The notes beneath the pieces are model-generated. The model made no database searches. It was given only the letters and a program-made list of their open reading frames with translations, and was not told the DNA's origin. The position numbers were made by a program, and so were the translations under genes. Source: Kudoa neothunni (Eukaryota > Animalia > Cnidaria). From it: DNA of 64,000 bases. Location of the stretch: contig OZ199838.1 in assembly GCA_964304625.1 (NCBI GenBank), positions 4,104,705 through 4,168,704 of the forward strand. Reading direction: 5' to 3'. Positions 26,364 through 40,178 of this stretch are shown here, in pieces (the stretch's first letter is position 1; each line of letters begins with the position of its first letter).

Positions 26364-27912
26364 TTATATCTTTTGAACTTCCATTATTTTTGAAAAAACT
26401 GTAGTAAGCTGGAGTACCTCACTTGCACCATCGTTAAGATTTTTTTCAGAAAGCTATAAAATAGTGAGATTAACAACAACAGCTGTTTAGATAACCTACC
26501 GATATTTGTTCCAGTATAACGCTTTTAGACACATCACTTATGGAATCACATTTGATTGTCCATTGTACAAGCTATATTAATGGGAAAATTAATTTTTAAG
26601 TGTTGAGTGGATAAGTCAAATATATCCTACCATATTGAGCAATCGTGAGGAGGAATAACCTTCACGAAGGAATAATTTTACATGGTCTATCATATTGTTG
26701 ACTTTGGATTTGGTAGAGATCACCAGTGCTGAAAGTACATTATCGGGAATGATCTACCAGAATTTAAGACATTGCGTCGATAAAAGAGTGGCAGATTTAA
26801 AATGGAATACTCCACAAATTTCGAGCATATCTTTAGCTGTGATAGTTTTGTTTGCAACGAAAAGACTGGCAGTATGTAGGTACATAATAGCCTATTATAA
26901 AATAGAGGAAATCAGCAACACATTTGGAGCAAACGGAAACTACTTTTCTCAGATCACCTTGTGAACCATTAATAACAGTAGAAATGGCATCAGACTCAAT
27001 ATTAATATTTTCATTTCGGCAAATACGATCTAGCTGATGATGAATAAGATCGGTTGGAAGTGCTTTGAATCTGAATTTTGTGCATCGAGATGCAAGTGGG
27101 TCAATTATCCTATCCCAGTCAGTTTATATTTGGAAAATCTCAAAAAAACAACCCAACCTGCTAATGTAGTTGCATATAATACAAAAACGTGTCGTTTTAA
27201 TTTCCTTTTCCATGATCCGACGTAGTGCTGCCTACAGTTTAAAAACAGAATGATTCAAAGTTTTTAGAATTGAGCTTTGAACAAATCACTTGAGCAGAAG
27301 ATGTCATGGAATCAGCTTCATCCAGTATAATCAGTTTTATTGGTGGTATTCTTCGATTGCTTTACAATTGAAAATCTTATTACTCCCATTCACAAATTAC
27401 TATAAACTAACTTAATGACTATTTCAGTTGGAACAGCTAATCTTGAAAACTTTTTAACTTTAGCCCGGATAACCTATCAAAAACAATAACGAAATTGACC
27501 GGTTGAATTTGCCACCAAAATCTAAGCGATTTACATTTATTCCACGTTCATCAGAGGCGTTTAATTCCAACACTCTATTAGAATATTCAGACCTAAACCA
27601 AAATTAAGTCGTTTGAGACTAATTCAAGGCCAATTTTGTCACCCAAATAACTGCCTAGCCACTGTAAGGATTGCTGATGTTTTTCCAGTTCCTGGAGGTC
27701 CATAGAACAAGGAGTTCGGAAGATTTCCTAACTCCACATACCGCTTCAACACTGAGACAACGTCATCTTGATAGATTATGTCGGCGATAACTTTTGGTCG
27801 ACTATTTCATATATGTGATTTTTTAACTAAATTCTAAAATAGTTAATTACTATTTTTCTATCCACGGTGATAGGGTTTCCTTTTTAGGCTTTGAGATAGT
27901 AGATGGTTGCAT
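26364..27912 (-). CDS. RFC4: Replication factor C subunit 4, 11 exons; not visible in the ORF track because the exons are short
   Basis: Spliced translation gives [84 protein letters not shown] and [14 protein letters not shown]. Ten short GT-AG introns. Confidence 0.95.
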
Positions 27913-27955
27913 TGTGAAAGGGGTGAGGGCACGATAGATTGACTGATCTTTAATC

Positions 27956-27980
27956 ACGCGTCTTTGCAAAATACGCGCGC
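27956..27980. promoter_or_regulatory. CGCG-core motifs (ACGCGT, ACGCGCGC) just upstream of RFC4; candidate E2F-type sites
   Basis: Two CGCG cores lie 44-68 bp upstream of the ATG in a very AT-rich context. Function is inferred only. Confidence 0.3.
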
Positions 27981-28170
27981 ATTACCTATTACGTCTTGAA
28001 TATATATTTGAATTAAAGTTATTATGTTTCATTAATACGTCTTTTCTGCTTTATTAGAATCTAGCTGATGTTATTAAAATTTTGATATTAATAATAATAG
28101 GTTTTTACATTTCTTACAATAATTATAAAATTCTTAAGGAAACTCGCGCAGGCGAACTTACAATCTATTA

Positions 28171-28365
28171 CAGCGCTTACCAACTAAAACTGGACTCGCA
28201 CCCCCATTTTATGGTGAAACGAAATTCGCACCCCTTTGCATACGGTAATGTGCAACTGACCTAAAATTTATCAAAAATTATTTTCAATTTTGATTGGATC
28301 TCCCACCACCTGAGACCAAAGTTTGCATCCCCTAAGGTGCGAGCACCACCAGTTGGAAAACGCTG
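28171..28365. mobile_element. 195-bp hAT MITE
   Basis: TIRs cagcgcttaccaact / agttggaaaacgctg and a perfect TSD atctatta. Confidence 0.85.
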
Positions 28366-28401
28366 ATCTATTATCAGAAACTCTTTCTTATAGGTTATAA
28401 A

Positions 28402-28904
28402 TAGGGATCACAATTTTCAACTTTTATTTTGGTTAGTTCAATATTGCGCATGAGCGCACGTTCGAACTCTTTAAATTTAAAAAAATTTGGAACAATATTC
28501 CCATGTAAAACATTTTTAACATAAGAACTATATCGAATGAACGCCAAGTACAGTAACGGAAATCAAATTTTTCTCAATTTTGCCATTTAATCCATCTCTA
28601 AAAAAATAACTGACAGAGAAGTGCCTCGAAACACTTTTTTTAAAGAAATATGTTTCTGTTACTTTATTGGCACGTAAATTTGATTTTGTTGCAGAGATAA
28701 TTATATCTTGCAATATTTAGAAGTTAATTCGTTTTCCACCTTCTTTAAGTCGACCCATTCAACAAGATAACTATCAATTTCTCTCCAGTTACTACCCACT
28801 TCAAATTTTTCCGATGATTTCGAACTTTCACGGAAAATAAACGTCGAAACTTTCTCAAAAATTCGACGACTAAAATCTATTTTAATCGAAAGCCACGATC
28901 CCTA
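28402..28904 (-). mobile_element. hAT (Ac-type) deletion derivative, first unit of a tandem pair
   Basis: TIRs tagggatc / gatcccta. Flanks are gttataaa and gttatgaa. Subterminal gtcga/tcgac repeats. Confidence 0.75.
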
Positions 28905-28912
28905 GTTATGAA

Positions 28913-29970
28913 TAGTGTTGGTAACTTTCGACGTTTATTTTTTTCCAAACCGATTGTTATTATTGACCGAAATAAAAAAAATGTTAACTCAACTTTATCA
29001 TCTTTTATTTCAGAAAAAAATTCATAATTAAAAAAAAAATAAATTGTAGAATTTTAATTTTAGTTATAATGAACCATTAAAATCGAGTATTTAGAGCATT
29101 GTTAGGCGCCTATCATAAATATTGGTCCTTTCTTTTCCAAATCTATTTCACAATCCTGAGAAACTCCTCTTAACATCAATGGAGGAAATTGGTAGCATCA
29201 ATATATCTTGACAAAGTCTCGAAAGAGTGGAACACGTGTTCCACACTTTATTTCAGGGATCAATATTTGAGGGTCGAGTTGAATCTTTTTTCATTTTACA
29301 TGGCATGCAATATTCGTTATTAACCTCGATCTCCTTTTTACCTTCTAAAAAGGAATAAAAATAATCAACTTTTAATTTATCAATTGTAATTGGAGTGTAT
29401 TGATCAATATATTTCACTGTTTGAAAAATTAAGAGAAAGAAACGTTTCCTTAAAATTTTGTAGTACTGTGCGATTATTTTCTCCATTTTTAGCACCACAT
29501 AAATTTTTACATTTAAATACCAAATTGTTTCAAGATTCAAATGGAACAAAGCCAATAATATCTTTAGGGTTTATGATCAAATTATCTCCCTTAATTACAG
29601 TCATCCTTTAGCGAATCAAAAATTCGTGATGCAAAATTCTCATTTGGTCCTATTAATTTGGAGAAATCATACAACGCAGTAAGAGCATCAATTAAAAAAA
29701 TTAATGATAAGTTAAGCGTATTAAGGTCATCAGGTTGTATCTCAAAAAATTCGTCAAGTCCTCTGCAGTAGTTATGGACCGGTGAATCCTCAATGGCTTC
29801 GAAATCGTTCCATTCCACCAAGTAATTAATCAATTCACGTCGCTTTCTTCCCGTTTTAAAATGTTCCTTTTCGTAGGAAACCGACTTTTTCGATTAAAAC
29901 AAGAAAAAACCAACTATTTGTCCACAGTTCGACGGTTTAAATCGATTTTAGTCGAAAATTTCGTACCTTA
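28913..29970 (-). mobile_element. hAT (Ac/ZBED-type) element with transposase remnants, second unit of the tandem pair
   Basis: Flanks are gttatgaa and gttataaa. Minus-strand remnants end in the dimerisation-like LSRLCQDILMLPISSIDVKRSFS. Subterminal tcgac repeats. Confidence 0.75.
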
Positions 29971-30141
29971 GTTATAAACAAAACTAATTTTTTAGAATAA
30001 TGTAAATTTAAATATTTCTGTTAGTTAAATACACTTCGAACGTTTATAAATCATTAATTATAGTCAAAATAATACGCGAGGGATTGAATTTGTTAATATT
30101 CGTTTATTTTGTCAACCATCGAACACCTGAGGAAAAAGTTA

Positions 30142-32764
30142 CACGAGTACCTGGAGGTGGCCGTTGTGACCACATGCAAAAATGTATCAGAAAAATAAAA
30201 ATTGTTGCATTTGAGGTTAAAAACATAATTATTTACATTTTGGAATATAATAAATTAAATAAAAATAAATCAACGATCCGTTTTTGTGACATTTATTTTC
30301 GCAAGTGCGAAGAACAGGAATAATTATGCCTGTATACACGTTGAATATCGTGAAAACCAGAAATAAACTGTTTTATTATTGCCCCATTTTTCACATTTAC
30401 TTATTATTATTTTAACGACTAAGGTTTTATTTTGTTCTGAAAATCCATTATTTTATTATGAAATCTCTTCCCTTGTTGACAGAAATATGTTATATAAATT
30501 CGCACCTTATAAGTTGGAGTTTAGTATTATAGAATAATTCATGAATAAGATATATACATATATAGTCTAAGGATTTTTAGATTTTGAATTTTAGAATTAT
30601 GATAAGATGATCTAAATTAAACTTAAAACAATTACATTAGCTTACTGCTTTTTGGTAAACTAATCCGATAAGTCCTATATTTTTCTTATTGAAAAAATAA
30701 TGTTAGGAATATCTCAGAGGAGCATAGAAGAAAAAATCCGAATAATTCAATATTACGAATAGATTAAAGCATTATCGATGTCAATATGATGTAAACGAAG
30801 CATTTTAACTTAACAAGTATCGACTAGATTTTAATTTTCGAGAAATAAGAATAGTTCATTCCCCTCCCTCTGTATATTATCAAAATAAGCTATTTGGTGT
30901 GTGAAAGCATTTCGACTGACTGAATACGAATTTCTCATGGAAAATACATCCAGATTGAGAATGAGTTAAATAATTGGATTGTTAGCATGCGAGAAAAAAA
31001 GAAAAAATTGTCATAATTTAAAGTTAAAGAAAGGCAATTCTTGATCAAATTTGATTCGAATAAAAAAATGTCATTTTAATAATGGGTGGTTTTGTAAATT
31101 CAAAAGTGGTTGAATTTAAACAATAGCAAGCTTGATGAACAGGCAGCTAGCGCTGATATGTCAATTAATGAATGAATTGAAAAAATTTCAGAGGTAATAA
31201 GCAGTTACAGTAATAAAAATAATTTTAATCCTGATAAATCTACTCTTTTTTGAGAAAAACTTTTTCAGTGTACATATACATTAAAAAGACACTCTAGGAG
31301 AGAGGTTGTAAAAAATAAAAAAAAAGAGTTTCCATTTTGGTAACTACCTCGTTTTACGGCGGGAAGCTACTGCTTTATGTTGTTTGTAAGTTTCAACAAA
31401 ATGGCTGAATATCTGCAGCCATTTTTTATGTGATACTAAAAGACGTAGATAATAAATTTATTAAAAAAAGTGGAAACGATTATGTATATCATGAGGTCAA
31501 TGCCTCTTTCAACCTCAATATATAATTCATTTCAAAATATCAAATGAATTTTTCTCCCAAAAATTGCAACCAACATCGTGCAGCCAATGGACCTCGGAAT
31601 TATTCATAATCTCAAAGTTAATTATCCATAAATTTTGTCCAAAATTCTTTCATTTTACGTGGATGCCACAAATACTTCGAGATACATTATATAATGTCGT
31701 TAAAATTTTCTAAGAAATGCTTGGGAAGCAGTCAGTGGCTCTGTTATCGTAAAAAGTTTCAAGAATTCTCCTATTTTCGGTGGTTGTAGTTTATTCAACT
31801 AAAAATGTTGTATTTTTTAAATTACGCTTGAATAAGACACACACTTAAACGACACAACACCTCGTCTACCATTGTTTAAATAAACAATTAATGTTATTTT
31901 CAATAAAGGATTACAAAAAATATTTAATATACATAATAATAAAGCAATCATTGGTTCTAATTATGAAAAGTATGTAATTATTGACGGTACTAGTTGTGTT
32001 TTGTTTGCTTCGATTATTTTAGATGATCTCCAAGATGTTGATATGGAAGAAGCCGAAACTGTTTATTATAATTAATCTGAGAGCTATGAAATAAGAAACT
32101 TAAAAATTTCTGCGGATAATTAAAACCGCGACTCTGATGTCGAAAACAAACATTTTCAACGAAACAACTCAAGCCTCAATCAACCCCATCAGAAAACCCT
32201 TCGGCCTTAGTCTCTCTCTTTTCCTGCATCCTGTTACGGATGTTTATAAGAAATATTAAAACTGCAAAAAAAACTAAAATAAACATCTATTTCGTCCAAA
32301 AATTTTGATATATATGGTATGCGCATGCGCAAGATGTCGATGTTGCTATTGCGAGGGGCCTTACTGTGTGTAATTTAACAAAATTGTTATAATGTGCGCG
32401 CTTCACACACCATATTAAATGAGTTAACAGAATCAAGTTATTATAGAAACAAACAAATAAATTTTAAAAAATTCCTTGTTTCAAAACACATTTATAATTT
32501 TGATTTTATTGCAGAAGAGCTTTTGTATATTTTAACTATCTGAACGTTATTATTTATATGGTGGGCATATTCAGGTATGTGTGTAATTTTTTTTTTCGAT
32601 TTTAAGCGAAAAAATCGTACTTAAAACTCTATTATTTAAGCATTGCTAAAAATACAATTATCTTATAAGATACACGTAGGGGGCAAAGGAAATAAAATAT
32701 TTTGCAAAAGTTATTGATATAATAAGCGCTGATTGACCATAGCGGCCACCTCCAGATATTCGAG
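30142..32764 (+). mobile_element. Decayed pogo/Tigger element
   Basis: Inverted repeats cgagtacctggaggtggccg / cggccacctccagatattcg. Remnant peptides NGWFCKFK (CENP-B HTH), FNPDKSTLF and FLPKIATNIVQPMDLGIIHNLKVNY. Confidence 0.75.
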
Positions 32765-33533
32765 GATTAAAGGCTAGATCCTTCTAAGTGAGATGATAAA
32801 GTTAAATACCCAAACATGTCTTATTATAAAACACATTTATTTTATACAGTAATAATGATATTATAGAGCACAACCTTACAATCGCATAGTTTTACAATAA
32901 TCGATTCATCTTAATAAACAAATTGTGTATTGACTGTTTATACTCAATATAAGAATATTTGAATTACAAACTTAAGAATACCTCTTAAAAAATCACCATA
33001 ATAAATTCTAGGGATAGTATTTGTCTGATCATTACTATAACAACAATTTTAGTTATTTTTTCATAAATCTCCGATATCTTCGATACGTACGTGAATTTAC
33101 AAATAGACTTAAGAATCTATTTACTACATCATTGTTTTTATAACTCTAGAATATAGTGAAAACAAAGTGCAATATCCGAAGATTCAGTCTTTTACATTTT
33201 TGAATATTGTAAACATTCTATTATTTGATCTTATTATTAAACACAATTTGTATTTATAATATTTATAAGTAGAGTATAATAATTGTTTTAAAACCAGAAA
33301 AGCCTGAAATTTATTGTTAAAAAACAACAATTCATTTTAAAATCAAACCGATCAAAATCTATTGAGAGGTCGGCTAAAGTTAGTAATTAACGTGGAATAT
33401 AATTAAAATAAATTCATTTTAACTTATAATTAATAAACAATATAAATATATCTTAAAATTATAATGCTTTATGATCAAAAACTTCGTAATTTATTTTCGG
33501 TGTTACGATGATTCTCGATCACAATTGATTAAA

Positions 33534-36500
33534 ATGGGGAACCTATTGGCCTCTGAAGTTCCAATCAACGTGTCCAATATTGAAACATATTTTGACGACG
33601 TATCGGGAATAAAATTTTATAGGAACATATGGAGGACCCGTTTTCTTAAGACTGTTCATGCGAAATTGGTATCTTTAGACGATCACGCTCAAGATAAGAG
33701 TTTGATGTCCAGTTACGATCATTCTCATTTGATAGAAGTTGTGGCAAAGGTTTTTATTTTCAATATGATGGACAGCAGTATTGCGTTGCCATTTAAAGTT
33801 AAACTTGCGGATCAACGTCTTAAATTGAATTCAATTCCATCGTGTGCCCCATATCAAGTATTCTTTCTCTTAAATATACGAAATCATCTAACTAATTAAT
33901 AAATTATAGGTTACTTTGATCACTAATCGTGCAGTTATTCTCATACGACAATATTTTTATGAGAGTATCTACGACAGATTGAGTACTCGACCATTTTTGT
34001 GTAAATCGGAAAAATTATGGTTGATATTTTTACTTTTGCAATGCATTGATAACGTTCACGAAGCTCATGTTATCCATGGCGATTTAAAACTTGAGAATAT
34101 TATGATTACCACTTGGAATTGGTTGGTGGTGACTGATTTTTCAAGCGCTTACAAACCAGCGATTTTGAGCCTTGAAAATCCCACCCCAAATTTCAACTAT
34201 TTTTTCGACACCTCCAGGAGGCGTAACTGCTACTTAGCACCTGAAAGATTTGCTTCTTCCCAGGTCAATTCCAGCTATAATCCGGACATTGTATCGACCG
34301 GCAACAATTTTAATTCTTTAGCCGGTAAATAATCACATTTGTAGTGGATATTTGAATCGATATTGTCATGGTTAGATAATGGATTCAATTCAAAAACTCC
34401 AAATCCACCATCAACCCCATTCAAATCTAACAATTCTGATGGAAGGCATTCAAACACTGGTGGTAGTGGTATGGCGGTCGACTTTCAATTATGGACCAAC
34501 AAGCACACTGCATCTATGGATTTGTTTTCGTTGGGTTGTTGTATCTACGAGATTTACACCGATGGCAAGGTGTTGTTTGATTTCTCTCAACTTTTACAAT
34601 ATAAAAATCAACCTAAACTATTTTCCGCTATCTGCATTCGTATTGATAACACTGTTGATAACAAATATGTGGCGGAAACTGTCAAAAATTTGATCGATAT
34701 TAATCCCAAAAATCGAAACTGTGCAAAGTTTCATTTAGACAATTTGAAGAATGTGTTATTTCCTGGTTATTTTTACTCAGTTATCTTCGGGTTACACAGA
34801 AAATTTGCCTCTCTTAAATCTCCACTCCCCGACTATTGGATTAACGAGTTGGCTTTGGATGCACCTTTGTTAGTTGAAACACTAGAAAAATGTACCACTG
34901 AGGATGACAATGGTCACTGTGGATACATCAATACATTGCCTATTGTCACTTCGAATATACGACGTTTGTCATTGACATCCAGTAAACTCAAAGCTTTACA
35001 ACTTTTGTTGTTGTGGGCATCCAAGTTACCGTCGCCGTTTATTTTGGAACGCATTCTTCCTTATGTTCTATTTTTCGTCAGCGACAAATCTGACTGTGTG
35101 AGAAGTCAAATTCCTTCCACATTAACGAAAGTGTTGTCTTATGTGAACTCAATCGATAAACATGAAGATATTAACATTTTTAATGACTATATCATTCCTC
35201 GCATTGTCTCACTTGCGTCCGATAGCAGTTACGCAGTGAGACTAACTTTTGCAAAGTGTTTGGGTAGAATGTGTAAGATAGCATTCAAGTTATGGGATTG
35301 CAGTCAAATTTACCAGAATTTTAATTATGAACCATACGTCGATGAGACTGCTAAAGTGGCGAAACCCCTATCAATCAACCTGCAATCAATACATCAAACG
35401 ACTGATTATCATCCAACTTCTGTTGATTATCATCAAATAATGGATGGTGCAGCTGAGTCATATTTTGATAGTGAAACTGAGCAGAATTTCTTAAATGAAA
35501 ATCTACTTGCTCTTAACGACAATTTCACTCAACTTACCACCACACTACTGTGTGACAAATCAACCACTATCAAAAGAGTGCTTCTAGAGGATTCATTTGT
35601 GACGGTTTGTGTGGTGTTGTTTCAACGCGAAATGGTCACCGATATCATATCTGGCAGCACAATCATCCTTCACGCCATATCGGTTCTCAATGACCAAGTT
35701 GATTTTGCAATGAGGGAAGCGTTTTTCAAAATTATTCCCAATCTTGTTGAACAATTGGGCGCCAACCTTTTGCCAATAGTGCTACCATTCATTGAACAGG
35801 GGTTGAATGATTTTAGTGATTGGGTGGTTGCTACCGCGACCGAATCACTTTTAAAAATCTGCTCCACTACCAACATCCCTCAAAACCAACAAGCTAATCT
35901 TTTTGTAATGGTTCTACCTTTTCTATCCCATCCCAATATACATATTCGAAAAACTGTGGCCGAAACATTGTTTGTTATGACAACAAAATTTGATTGTCTA
36001 CAGGATAAAGTTGATCTTTTTGACGCGTTTTCAAGTTATATCGACCTTCCACCTAGTCTCACTTTGAATTTGCTATCGTGCAGAAAGAGATTTTTTGAAT
36101 TTTGTAAAGCTCCTATTCCTAGATGCGTGTTCGAGCTGCTATTGAAATCTGCATATACACCACAATTTTTTGAGTTTGTGAAACAGGTGGTTTCTTTTGA
36201 AGTGTCAGATGAGACCTCCTTCCAACAACAACTTTCTTCGGTTGAATCTGTTCAAATTGAACCGGTTGTTAGCTTGATCAATCGAATCGGTAACACATAC
36301 TTGAACAACCAGACCAACTACAAACATCTTTTGATGTTGGGTGATTATATTGTTCGAGTCAACAAGTTGAAATCGATCATCGGTGCCACTTTGGTCTCCG
36401 GACGTTCTTCCCAAAACTTCGAATGATGTCATTTTGGATGATATCCCAAAAAACTGTTCGGGGTATACTCAATTTGAATGAGTTGGTGGAAAGGACAACC

Positions 36501-38185
36501 GAAAGCTATCCATCAAGCTGATTTGCCTTCAAAAAGTGACAATGTACCGGCGAAGAATAAAAACCAACAACAGACTCAGCACCCACAACAAAGAAAACCC
36601 TAAAAAACTGCAATATCTTTCGCAAAACCAAGTGGGAGATTCATCGGCTAACAACATTGTGAGATTCAATCATGAATACATGGTGACGCAATACTCACTC
36701 ATGTTGAACCCCCAATTAAATGATGAACAACGATTTCTCCATAAAGTTGCGATGAGTTTTCAACCCAAACCTAAAAGTCATCGTGTCACATCCAGCGTAA
36801 CAAGCACAACCAGCACTCGTTCCCCTCGGTTTTTTACCGTTACAAAAAACCTCATCGTTTGTCACCGATTCTTCGTTGAGTTCCACTAATGTTGGTGAAA
36901 AGCCCACCTCCAACCCAAAATCCAACCAACGCATCCACGGACGGAGGGAACACCTGGAAAATATGCCATAGAATTCACACATTGAAATCACATTCCAATA
37001 TAGTGGCCGCTGTTGCCACAAGTCCGATATGAAAATCTCTATGCTAGTGCCAGTCATGATGGAAACTTGCATGTGTACGATTTTAACCACTCGGAGAGTG
37101 GAACTGTTAACTGTAGCACATTACTAACCTACGAGCGTGCAGCTGGCAGAGTTAATTCAATCGAATTTCTTGATTCACCCAACTACAACCAAGTGCTTTG
37201 TTGTTGCTCATGTATTGAAAGCCAAGATGTACATATTTTCGATTTGGGGCACAACAACTTGAGACACAAAATTGTTTCTCATTCAAACTGATTATGGTTA
37301 TTTTGTTGATATTTGCTCATTAACAATGATGAACATTCCCTTTATACTTGCGGCCAATGTGAATGGAGTTGTTAATGGCTACGATATGAGAATCAAGTCC
37401 GACCAGATATCACTCAGTTTTACCTCTACCAACAATTTTGATAGACCAAGCCTCACCAAAATGACAGTGGATCCGAAAGGTGCGTGGGTAGCGTGTGGTG
37501 ATATTCAAGGGAGAATCCATTTGTGGGATGTACGGTTTGGTTGCAATCCCGTCTTCTCGATTGGCTCCACCAATGCATCTTCTGTGCGTTCGCTTTCAGT
37601 ACAATCCTTCCAAATCTAACCTCCTCATATCTGCTCATGAATCTAGCGATCAGATTGTCAAAGTTTGGGGATCTTGTTGATGGTTCGCTTGAGAAAACCT
37701 ATGTTACTGATTGTCCACTAACCAACTATGGTCTAACCACCACAATGTATAACAAAGAAAATTATGCTATATTTGGAGGATCGGACATGTGCCTCAGATC
37801 GTGGAATCTTGATATGAACAACATTCGTGTATTTTAGCTGTGCCTGAAAACTACACAACTACCAACCGATTTCGACCACCTTCATAACGTTTCTGATGGT
37901 GGTGGCGATAACGATGTTTCAAGTGACTTTGGAGAACAACACAAAACTACCTACTATGACTTTATCAAATCGAAATTTGCTGGCAGCCCTGTCGATACTA
38001 CGATTTGAAAAGAAAATGCAATACGCAACCAAATTAGACAACTCATATCATCTGTCAAACGCTTTCCCAAATCGTTTGAACACTCTCACCACCAGCATCG
38101 CTATTCGACATAACGACTCGAAACAATCAAGAATATTATGAGTGGTTGCTCCGATGGAAGTGTTCATTTCTATTATCTAAAATAA
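33534..38185 (+). CDS. PIK3R4: VPS15/PIK3R4 (pseudokinase + HEAT + WD40); the 3' ~1.75 kb is broken by many frameshifts as assembled
   Basis: MGN start, YDRLSTRPFL, HGDLKLENIM, YFFDTSRRRNCYLAPERF, MDLFSLGC, HEAT region LERILPY and WD40 fragments (ASASHDGNLHVYDF, GDIQGRIHLWDVRF, GGSDMCLRSWNL). Introns at 33858-33909 and 34325-34375. Confidence 0.92.
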
Positions 38186-39023
38186 CGATTTTTTATTCGT
38201 TTTTTAAAACTTTTATATTTTTAAGTTGAATTTTAATTGTGTATGTGCTAGTTTTTCTACTTTATTTTTTCGCTACAATCTTTGGTACAAATACTGATGA
38301 TTTTATAGCTGACTAGCGAGTCGTTGAATTAATAGTAAATTACAGGAGGCAACTGAATTTTCATTGATTTCAAAAACTTAGCATTATAAAATAAAAGAAA
38401 TCATCCAGAAATTTTAGGTTTTTAATTGATCTTGTTTTTACTCGTGAATTCATAGTAAAAATTAATAAATTCTATAATATAATTTATATTTTGATTGAAT
38501 AACTTTTATATAAAAATAAGGAACAATTTTGTAGTTAATCCTATTCGAGCATTGACGTGTCATTTTCGCAATTTTATCATCGAAAAATAAATGAAATCGC
38601 GCAATAAAGGTTCTCATAATTTTTTCGTTCAACTTTGTTTTTATTTTGGCTATAAAATGTATACGCAGTACGACGAATACGCGTTTTTGCGTTTTCATAC
38701 AGAATTGACTATTTATTGAACACATCAGTTTAGTTGACGTGTATAAACTAAGTTCAGTTGAGTCATTACACTAGAAAAATAATTTTCAGAAAAATATATA
38801 ATTAAATATTGAACGTTAAACGCATTGTTTGGTAATACGCCACCTTTTTCCCTGAAATTGACCTTAAAACCGCGGGCAGGTGGTATTTGATTTGTGGGTA
38901 TGGTTGAAAAGGCCTTCATTACATGCTTATAATAAATTCAAAATAGTATTATTAAAATATTTGGAGTTAACGGCAGAAAAAATAAAAGCCACACCATTAA
39001 AACTTTTGTTGTATTCATATTAA

Positions 39024-40178
39024 CCCTCTAATGATCCCAAAAACGATGAATGTGTAAGTGTAATGGACTTTGGGGGAAATTTTACCTCACATTTTTTTTA
39101 ATTATGACACTTTAAAAATCTAATAATCAATATCGTAGAATAATTTTCAATTCCTATGGACGAAACTCTGACAAATGCATATTAAATTTTGACGTAATCC
39201 AGGCGGTAATCGGCTTCGTTCACGATCTGTCTTATGTCGGTACACATCGATGTTCCTTAATAAAGTAATTGCGTTAATTTAGTGGAATTAAACGTGTTGC
39301 GCCAGTTGAAATATTAAAACAAGGCATAAAAATGAATTAATGAAATTTATGCGAAGTTAAAACAATTTTTAAAATGCGTGAATTGGACAATAAAACTTAT
39401 AACAATTTTTCGCACCATTTGGAAGATTTTTTATCATTTTTTCCTTTCACTGTATCCACATGTTTCTCGCTTTACATTAGGAAATTAAGAAGAGATTCCT
39501 GTTGGGGTGCATAAAACAATGCTGAGGCATGTTTTTATTGCTTTGTTTGTGGAATTTGTTGTCAACAATGTTTTGTTTAATTATTCAACGATTTCTTTAA
39601 GAAAATCAAACATTTTAATTTATTGGAAACATAAGATACCAACATATACTTTCCACTGAATACAAAAATGCTGCCACAAAGAGCTCTATTTGGTGATGAT
39701 TGGTGGCATGGTGGTATCTCTTATTTTTGACGTAATGTCTCTATGGTCAATTGTTTCCAACAATTTTTCCGCAAGTAACATCGATAAGAAGACATTTTCG
39801 TCAACAATACGGTGTTCATTCTCTGAAAAAACAAAGTTCATCAATAAAATCATTAAGTATGACACATCATATGAATCACGCATGCGATTTAATTAATTTG
39901 CCTAACATTTTCTTACTTTCTACAAAAACTACTCATAGGAATTTTATTTTATTTAAGTTAGAAGTGGGTAACATTTTTTAAAATATTTTTAATCAAAAAA
40001 AAAACATGGGGTAAATTTCACCCCAAAAACCATTACAAGATAAAATAAAAATTAAAACTTATACAATAATTTATCGACAAATATTTATTCGTCAAACCAA
40101 AGATAAAATTTTATTAGAAGAATAACTGGAATCTATTAGGTATTAGTCTACTTTATAAAAAGATATACCATTAGAGGG
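39024..40178 (-). mobile_element. Internally deleted piggyBac element
   Basis: TTAA|ccctctaatg ... cattagaggg|TTAA, with subterminal ggggtaaatttcacccc-type palindromes and decayed transposase-like peptides on the minus strand. Confidence 0.8.

Noticed and set aside
26695-27225. Plus-strand ORFs 26695-26964 and 27037-27225
   Set aside because: They are antisense shadows of RFC4 exons. The same applies to short ORFs opposite VPS15, B55, TDRD12, METTL17 and the transposases.
36415-38185. Euplotes-style programmed +1 frameshifting or stop-codon reassignment in VPS15
   Set aside because: There is no common slippery motif, and WD motifs require shifts upstream of the stops. The other genes read cleanly with TAA, TAG and TGA all used as terminators.
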